The notes under the pieces were generated by a model. That model made no database searches. It was given only the letters and a program-made list of their open reading frames with translations, and had not been told where the DNA came from. From the NCBI GenBank assembly GCA_963808235.1, contig CAWEEQ010000001.1:316625-380624 (forward strand): a DNA stretch of 64,000 bases, read 5' to 3'. This DNA is from an uncultured delta proteobacterium. GTDB lineage: Bacteria; Desulfobacterota; Binatia; Binatales; Binataceae. Every line of letters begins with the position of its first letter. The first letter of the stretch is position 1. Shown in pieces: positions 56,456-64,000 of the stretch. Position numbers and translations under genes: made by a program.

Positions 56456-58177
56456 TTATCTTGTTTCTGCCCCTCGTCCATTCGCGGCCACTTTGAGGAC
56501 TGGCTCATCGCGGTCCGCTGTCTTGGCGGGCTTACCCTTTGCCGGCCGAGTCTTGGCTCCCGGACCGGGGAGAACGCGGATGATCGCCATCATTCCCTGA
56601 TCCTCGTGATTGAGAATGTGGCAATGGTAGACGAAGTCTCCGATATCGGGTCCGCGAAAATCCATACGAAGGGTAACGCTGGGGAACGGATGGGATTTTT
56701 TTCCGTCCCAGAAGGGAATATCAATCATGTCCATCAATTGCCCTTGCAGGGCATCGACCGGATGGCTGCCGTTGATCTGGAAATTATCCTGCGCCAGCAC
56801 CATGAAATGAATTTGATGGAAGTGGAATTCGTGGTTTTCCAGCGCCCGGTTCTGGATCGTCCAGTCCTCCACTGATCCCTGCGTGGTCGTGACTGCGGGA
56901 GGATTGTCGGGCGAGAAAACCACCGGCGTCTGTCCATCGACGGTAATGAAGAATTGCGTTTGATCGGCGTTCTCGGAGAAGTAGAGCAGGCGCTTGGTCA
57001 TTACCGGCGCGGTCGCCAATCCTTCGAACCTCTGCCGCCAGGGCTTCAAGACCTTGGTGTTGGCTTTTGCCTCGAGTGCCTCAGGACTGGAAACCGGCAC
57101 TATGGTGGCCAGAGTGCGCTGCGTATCGTTGTCGCCGTTCGGACCGGTTTCGATCGCTTGGGTAATGAACCGCGCGTTCTTCACGTTTTGCGACGGCCCG
57201 GTAACGATGAATTCCATTCGCGATGCTGGCGGCAAGCGGAGGTTCGTGACTGAAATCAGCTTGCCCTGCTCGGTGCCATCTTGCGATCCGACTGGCACAC
57301 CATCGAGCGCCACCAGCTGGATTTTCTGCTGCGCTCCATTGAAGAGCACCTGCAAGTCTAAAATGGTGTCCGCGCAAGCGTTCACCACCCGCCAGAACTG
57401 CTTCTCGCCGGGCGCCATTTGGATCACCGCCGGGGTCAGCGCTGGATACGCGATCGGCACGTAGTTGAGGGTCAGGTCCCAGGAAGGCACCGCGCCACCG
57501 GGGGTCGGATTGCCGGCGACGTTCTGATCGCGAATCACGAACACTCTCTCCGGCAGACCCGCGACGGCGGGCTGGATGGCCTCGATTCCGTCGACGATTA
57601 TCGCGCCTGACGCGCCGCCCAGAACGGCCGGCTCGGCGATTCCATGAACGTGCGGATGGTACCAGTAGATGCCTGGCGGTTCGTCGGTCGGGAAGGCGAC
57701 GTTATAGGTAAATGTATCGCCGGAATTGATCAGCGTGTGAATCACTTCGTCCGAGTGGCAAGTCGGCGAAGTATTTGTTCCGTGATAGTGAACGTTCACC
57801 GACGAGGCGTCCATCGTAGCCGCGCCGCATAAGGTGGCGGCATTGGTCGACATTTTCATCGAACTCGCCGCAGCCGGCATCGGAAGATTATTCGTCACGT
57901 TCACAATGAGCGTATCTCCCGGACGGACATGGAGAGTCGGTGATTCGGTGCCGTCGGGTGTGGAGAAGCAGTACAGAGTTCGGCCGTCAGGGTCGGTCGC
58001 GGTGTTGTAGGATAGATTGACGGTCAGCGTGCCATTACTACTGAAGAGGGCGGGCGGGTTTGTGACCGTGCTGCCCGCGGCGAAGCGGGGGCACGGACCG
58101 CTGACCTGCGCGGTCGCCGTTATTGGCGTCAGGAAGAGCGCGAGTATCAGGAACCTATTGAGGCGCAGATAGTTCAC
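56456..58177 (-). CDS. Secreted multicopper oxidase
   Basis: HYHG, WYHPH, HEFHFH and HCHILNHEDQGM copper motifs. Confidence 0.94.
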   Translation of the reverse strand: MNYLRLNRFLILALFLTPITATAQVSGPCPRFAAGSTVTNPPALFSSNGTLTVNLSYNTATDPDGRTLYCFSTPDGTESPTLHVRPGDTLIVNVTNNLPMPAAASSMKMSTNAATLCGAATMDASSVNVHYHGTNTSPTCHSDEVIHTLINSGDTFTYNVAFPTDEPPGIYWYHPHVHGIAEPAVLGGASGAIIVDGIEAIQPAVAGLPERVFVIRDQNVAGNPTPGGAVPSWDLTLNYVPIAYPALTPAVIQMAPGEKQFWRVVNACADTILDLQVLFNGAQQKIQLVALDGVPVGSQDGTEQGKLISVTNLRLPPASRMEFIVTGPSQNVKNARFITQAIETGPNGDNDTQRTLATIVPVSSPEALEAKANTKVLKPWRQRFEGLATAPVMTKRLLYFSENADQTQFFITVDGQTPVVFSPDNPPAVTTTQGSVEDWTIQNRALENHEFHFHQIHFMVLAQDNFQINGSHPVDALQGQLMDMIDIPFWDGKKSHPFPSVTLRMDFRGPDIGDFVYHCHILNHEDQGMMAIIRVLPGPGAKTRPAKGKPAKTADRDEPVLKVAANGRGAETR

Positions 58178-58292
58178 GGTGCCCTCCAGAGAGTCGGGTC
58201 TTGCGCCAACCTGTATACGCTGTGGCGGGACCGCCGTCTACAGTTGACGAATTCTCAATTGCCACGACCATCAGGCGTGGTAGCGTAATCTA

Positions 58293-59201
58293 ATGACACC
58301 AAAGAGCGCACAGAAAATCGGATTCGTTGGACTCGGTGCGATGGGAATGCCGATGGCGTCAAACCTGGTCGCCGCCGGCTACCATCTCATCGTTTACAAT
58401 CGCACGGCGGCGAAGGCTGAGCCGCTTGTCGCCAAGGGAGCGCATCGCGCGGACCGCGCCGGCAACGTCGCGCATCCGGGCGGCGTCGTGGTCTCGATGC
58501 TTGCCGATGACGCGTCCCTCGACGCGTTGGTGACGGGCGAGGATGCGCTTGCCGAGCGCCTGGCGCCCGATGGTATTCACATCTCGATGACGACGGTGTC
58601 GCCGGCAATCACGCGCAAACTGTCCGCATATCACGCGGCGCGAGGCAGCGTGATGGTCGCGGCGCCGGTGTTCGGACGCCCGAACGCAGCGGCTGCGAAG
58701 CAATTGCGCATCTGCGTTTCGGGACCTGCCGACGCGAAGGCCGAGGTGCGGCCGATCCTCGACGCGATGGGGCAGGGCGTTTCCGATTTCGGAGAGCATC
58801 CCGACGCGGCGAACGTGGTCAAGCTGGCGGGCAACTTCATGATCGCGGCCGCGATGGAAGCGATGGGCGAGGCGCTTGCGATGGTTCGCAAGGCTGGCGT
58901 CGACCCGGTCGCCGCGATCGAGATGCTGACCAGCACGATCTTCGCCGCGCCGGTGTACCAGGGTTACGGTCCCGCGATCGCGAATCGGCGGTTCACACCC
59001 GCCGGCTTTCGCCTTCCGCTCGGCCTTAAGGATATCGACCTGGTGCTGATGACCGCGGCCGAGGCTCACGCGCCGATGCCCACTGCGAGCCTGCTGCACG
59101 ACCGCTTTATCTCCGCGATCGCAAAGGGCCGCGCCGACATGGATTGGTCCGCGATTGCGCTCGGCGCGAGTGACGATGCCGGCCTTAAGGATCCGCGCTG
59201 A
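58293..59201 (+). CDS. NAD(P)-dependent oxidoreductase (3-hydroxyisobutyrate/6PG dehydrogenase family)
   Basis: GFVGLGAMG, APVFG, KLAGN and LGLKD motifs. Confidence 0.93.
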   Translation: MTPKSAQKIGFVGLGAMGMPMASNLVAAGYHLIVYNRTAAKAEPLVAKGAHRADRAGNVAHPGGVVVSMLADDASLDALVTGEDALAERLAPDGIHISMTTVSPAITRKLSAYHAARGSVMVAAPVFGRPNAAAAKQLRICVSGPADAKAEVRPILDAMGQGVSDFGEHPDAANVVKLAGNFMIAAAMEAMGEALAMVRKAGVDPVAAIEMLTSTIFAAPVYQGYGPAIANRRFTPAGFRLPLGLKDIDLVLMTAAEAHAPMPTASLLHDRFISAIAKGRADMDWSAIALGASDDAGLKDPR

Positions 59202-59223
59202 GCAACGCCGTCGACTGAATGCG

Positions 59224-60003
59224 ATGGGACCTCGGCGCCGGATACTTGTGCTCTGCGTTTGCATAGTCGCGATCTTTGCCGATGCGCGTAGGTCGCACGC
59301 GATCGACTTCTATGAAATCCAGATTTATGACACCGACACCACGCCAGCCGGCCACTTGACGCTTGAACTCCATTCCAACACGACCTCGACCGCGACCGGA
59401 CAGTTGGCGAAGAGCCAAATCGACGTGCATCAGATTCACGAGACGCTCGAGGCTACGTACGGCGTGCTGCGATGGGTCGAGATCGGCCAGTATTTCGCGA
59501 CCGCCAAGCTCTCCAATGGCGAATACGAATACGCGGGCTCGCGCACCAAGATTCATTTCGGCATTCCGCAGACTTTCGAGTGGCCGGTGCAATTCGGCGG
59601 CAATATCGAGTTCGATTACATGCGGCGCGCGGCCGAGGAAAATCCGATGACGCTCGAGCTGCGCCCGATCGTCGGCGCGAACTATAAGAAATTTCGGCTG
59701 GTCGCGAACCTGGCTCTCGAAGATCCGTTCAGCGGCCCCGGGGCGCATCGCGGATTTCAATTCGAACCGTCGGGCGAGCTGATCTATGACTTGAACCGCT
59801 GGGTCTCACCGGCGCTCGAGTACTATGGCGACATGGGATCGATTCAGCCGCTGGCTGAAGTCCAGGAGCAACAGCACTTCGTTGTGCCGACTTTGAATTT
59901 TCATTTCATTCCGCAACTCGAGCTGAATCTCGGCGTTGGATTCGGAGTGACGCGCGCAAGCAACGGGGTATTTCTGAAATCAATCGTCGGCTGGACTTTC
60001 TAG
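59224..60003 (+). CDS. Putative outer-membrane beta-barrel protein
   Basis: Signal peptide, YEIQIY...LELHSN segment, amphipathic strands and C-terminal GWTF. Confidence 0.75.
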   Translation: MGPRRRILVLCVCIVAIFADARRSHAIDFYEIQIYDTDTTPAGHLTLELHSNTTSTATGQLAKSQIDVHQIHETLEATYGVLRWVEIGQYFATAKLSNGEYEYAGSRTKIHFGIPQTFEWPVQFGGNIEFDYMRRAAEENPMTLELRPIVGANYKKFRLVANLALEDPFSGPGAHRGFQFEPSGELIYDLNRWVSPALEYYGDMGSIQPLAEVQEQQHFVVPTLNFHFIPQLELNLGVGFGVTRASNGVFLKSIVGWTF

Positions 60004-60032
60004 GATCAGAAGTCCGCTGAATCGAAAACTCG

Positions 60033-60952
60033 CTAGTTTGAAAACTCGTCGTGTCGATTCAATGTCGCGTATTCGAGAAACCTGGTCGCGATCGGCCCGG
60101 AATGGACGATGAAATCGCAATTCACGAACCGCACATTGGTCAGCTCCACGGGGCCGCCAAAATATTCGATGCTGGTATCCACGAACGTAACATCCTTCCA
60201 TCGGATCCCGTCGAGCGGCTGCAGCGCGGGCTTGATAATCCTGACATCGGACACCAATACCGCGAGTTCTTTCGCCGGCCGCGGATTAGCGATCGCTGGG
60301 TTGCCACCCCGGATTGCCAGGTGAGAGATCTCGGCGGGCGTTCGTACCGGTTTGCCGCGAAAAGGAGCATCAAGATCCGAGCCGGCTCCAACGTCGACCG
60401 GTAGTTCGCGAGCAGCACGCGCAGATCGTTGATTACCGGTCCAGCGGCCATCATCGCCTCGGGCGTCTTTTTTTCGATCTCGTTGAGACTTTCGATTGCG
60501 GCCGCAAAAATATCGGGCGGTGCGTTGAGCTTGCGGTCTTGAGCGTCGCTGAACAGGGCTCGCGCCTTCTTCAGCAATTCATCCATTTCTGAGAAGTCGC
60601 CGTTGTCGGCCGCCTCCTGAGCTTCCTGAATTTTGAACACCGCCTCGAACTCCGGAAATTTGCCGGCTAGAAACTCTGCCATCGTGGAAAGCTGCGCTCG
60701 CGATCTTTCCGAATCTCGAGCAACCGCCTTGAGGCCGGTATTCAAATCGACAATTTCGTTCGACATGCGATACAGCAGCTGCCTCAACGTCCGCAAATAT
60801 CTCCAACCCGCGTAGAGCGGAGTCGCGATCAACGCAATCGCGACAATCGCCGTCAGCAGAGGATGAAGAGATGCGGAGAGTCGCCACCGTGCAAGCAGCT
60901 TGTGAAACTCACCAGGAGCAGGTTTTGGAGCTGCGGTCAGTTCGGGTGGCAT
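60033..60952 (-). pseudogene. Hypothetical membrane-anchored protein split by a 1-nt frameshift near 60380
   Basis: Frame 1 (TM + coiled coil) reads to STLEPA. The shifted frame continues DLDAPFRG...QPLDGIRWKDVTF...YFGGPVELTNVRFVNC to a stop at 60033. Confidence 0.6.
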
Positions 60953-61105
60953 CGAGCATTAATTAGAGACTGATCCCCTTTTGCCAGTCAAAACCAATTT
61001 AATGAACGGAGCGTCACGATTCAGTCATTAGCCGGGCGCCGGATGTGTCGTTGCGTGATCGGGCGTCCTTAACTATCCTCGAAACCACGCGCTCGGCGTG
61101 CCTAG

Positions 61106-62466
61106 ATGTCGTTCCCCTCACAAGACCGGCGAGCTGACGAGAAACTCGACGCGAAGCTCGGGCTGATCCTGGGCAGCGTGGGCTCGATCCGCACGCGGCT
61201 GAACTCGCTCGCATGGCAGCATGCGATCTTCTTCACGCTCGCGATTGTCATTGCGTCCGGCGCGGCCGTTTTCGCCGGCGCATACATACTCTCCCCGCTC
61301 GCTTTTTTGTTTTTCACTCCCGCGATCGCGATCGCCGCTGTGCTCGGAATCGTGAGCGCGATCCGTGTGGGATGGCGGATGCGGGTGGGCGGCGCCGGTG
61401 CGGCCATGATCGCCGACGATCGCGCCGAGCTTAAGGGCCGGCTCTCCACGATCGTCGCGCTCGCGCACAAATCCAAGCCGGGAACGCTATGGTCGTACCT
61501 GGTTGAAGATACTCTTGGCCACAAAGATCAATTCGTGTCAGCTCAGATCGAGCGCCGGCGCGTCTCGCTCGCCATTTACCCGTTCCTCGGCGCGATATTT
61601 CTAGCGGCGCTGGCATTACCTCTTTCGCGACTCAAGCACGCGTCGCCGATCGCGCCCGGCGACTCGGTGAACGACCTCACCGTCGATCTCGACGATCTTC
61701 ATCTGCGCGCCGCCGAACCCGGCGACGAATCCGCGATGCAGGTCAACGCCGATCCGGAGACCATGCGGCGCCTCCAGGAAAAGCTCGCTAGCGAGAATCC
61801 TGGTGCCGGCGATGGGTCGGGCAATTCGCTGCATCAACTTGTGAATCGCGCGCGCGATATGGCCGGTCATCTCCAGAGCAAGCTCACCGGACAGCAGCCG
61901 CCTGGCAAGCAGCGCCTGAATCTGCGCCTGGCCGACGCGGGCACCGATCAGCAGCAAGCTGTTCATCGCGCACCCGATGTGAAAAAAACCCGCCGCGGAG
62001 ATGTGGCCGGGCAATTCCAGCAGGATAAACCAAAATCCGAAAATGATTTGAACCTGCCACCGAGGGACGATTCGCGCCCGGAGAACAAGTGGCCCTCGCC
62101 TAACCCCAACGGCGCGAATACCGAACTCGGCGGCGGCAAGGACAATACCACCGATCAGGACGCGGCAGTCGATCGCAGCATCCAGCAGGGCAGCGAGAAT
62201 GGCAGCAACGGCGGTGAGGCGCATGGAATCGGCGCCGATCCTGACAGCCTGTTCGGCGCGCCAGCCACGTCGAAGCTCGGCACCGAAGGCTTCGAGATAG
62301 CGATCGAGGCGCGGCCCGTCGATCACGGCGCAAAAGGCGCCGGCCACGTCTATGTTCCGCCCAAGGTTCGCACCCCGCTCAATGCCACCCAGCAACCCGA
62401 CGAGCCGGTCGCGCGCGCCGCAGTGCCGGCCGAAGATCGAACAACCATCAAGCGAGTATTTGAAAG

Positions 62467-62470
<4 letters not shown>
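61106..62470 (+). CDS. Hypothetical membrane protein of the MoxR cluster
   Basis: N-terminal TMs, LKGRLST motif, low-complexity G/D/Q tail ending IKRVFER. ATGA-coupled to moxR. Confidence 0.75.
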
Positions 62471-63506
<1,036 letters not shown>

Positions 63507-63516
63507 GTCGAGAGCA

Positions 63517-64000
63517 ATGCTCGAGGCGCGCGCTTTCGAGCCCGAGTTTCTGCGCAAGCTCGACCGTTTGGTTCTCGGCATCAAGCGTGCCCGCACCGTT
63601 CGCGCCGGCCAGCGCGCGCTCGGCAGAGTCCAGGGACTCGGTATCGAACCTGAAAATTTCAAGGAGTACGCGCCCGGTGATGACCTGCGCTTTCTCGACT
63701 GGAACGCATTCGCTCGCCTTGACGATCTGACGATTCGCACGTACCGCGCCGATCGCCAGGTCGAAATTACTTCGCTCGTCGACGCGAGCGCGTCGATGGG
63801 ACTGCCGGAGCGCGACGATAAGCTCGGTCTCGCGCTGGCAATCGGCGCCGCCTTCGCCTACATCGGGATGGCCGACAACGACGCGGTCCGAATCGCCGCG
63901 TTCGCGATGCGTCGTGGTGCGATGAAGCTCGAGACCACGCCGTTCCATCGCCGCCGCGAGTCCTACCTCAACTTCAAGCCCTTCGTGATGTCGGTGAAAT
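63517..64000 (+). CDS. DUF58 family protein (runs off the window edge)
   Basis: Manual translation MLEARAFEPEFLRKLDRL...KEYAPGDDLRFLDWNAFAR...VDASASM. Confidence 0.88.
   Translation, partial: MLEARAFEPEFLRKLDRLVLGIKRARTVRAGQRALGRVQGLGIEPENFKEYAPGDDLRFLDWNAFARLDDLTIRTYRADRQVEITSLVDASASMGLPERDDKLGLALAIGAAFAYIGMADNDAVRIAAFAMRRGAMKLETTPFHRRRESYLNFKPFVMSVK

Overview
GC-rich bacterial chromosomal window of about 55 genes. Gene content and style suggest a Deltaproteobacteria-like lineage such as Ca. Binatota (inference only). Core genes are a ychF-like gene, pyrE, aroE, hrcA-[DUF1801 insert]-grpE-dnaK-dnaJ, nth, tRNA-Thr(CGT), initiator tRNA-Met and a MoxR/DUF58 cluster. They are mixed with lipid and secondary-metabolism genes: type III PKS with methyltransferase, Cys-less thiolase with DUF35, acyl-CoA dehydrogenase, a diiron protein and a stand-alone LanC-like protein. 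I saw no rRNA, CRISPR array, integrase or transposase. The best leads are: (1) a MarR-associated cluster (45.9-52.9 kb) in which a palindromic operator plus a conserved hairpin forms a ~100-bp leader that occurs twice, together with an unannotated 35-aa membrane peptide after the EmrAB-like pump and a sigma54-type promoter on a hemerythrin-like gene; (2) a sigma54-type promoter driving a nearly payload-free VPELD-CTERM peptide and an exosortase-E/CAAX-protease fusion beside tRNA-Thr; (3) a self-contained DUF5131 (three-Cys) + TcmP cassette; (4) a STAND ATPase-regulator with an appended C-terminal class III cyclase; (5) a multi-hairpin, GGA-rich leader before a large secreted protein. There are also several gene remnants and two single-base frameshifts near the right end. 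All family assignments come from motif recognition by eye; no database searches were run.
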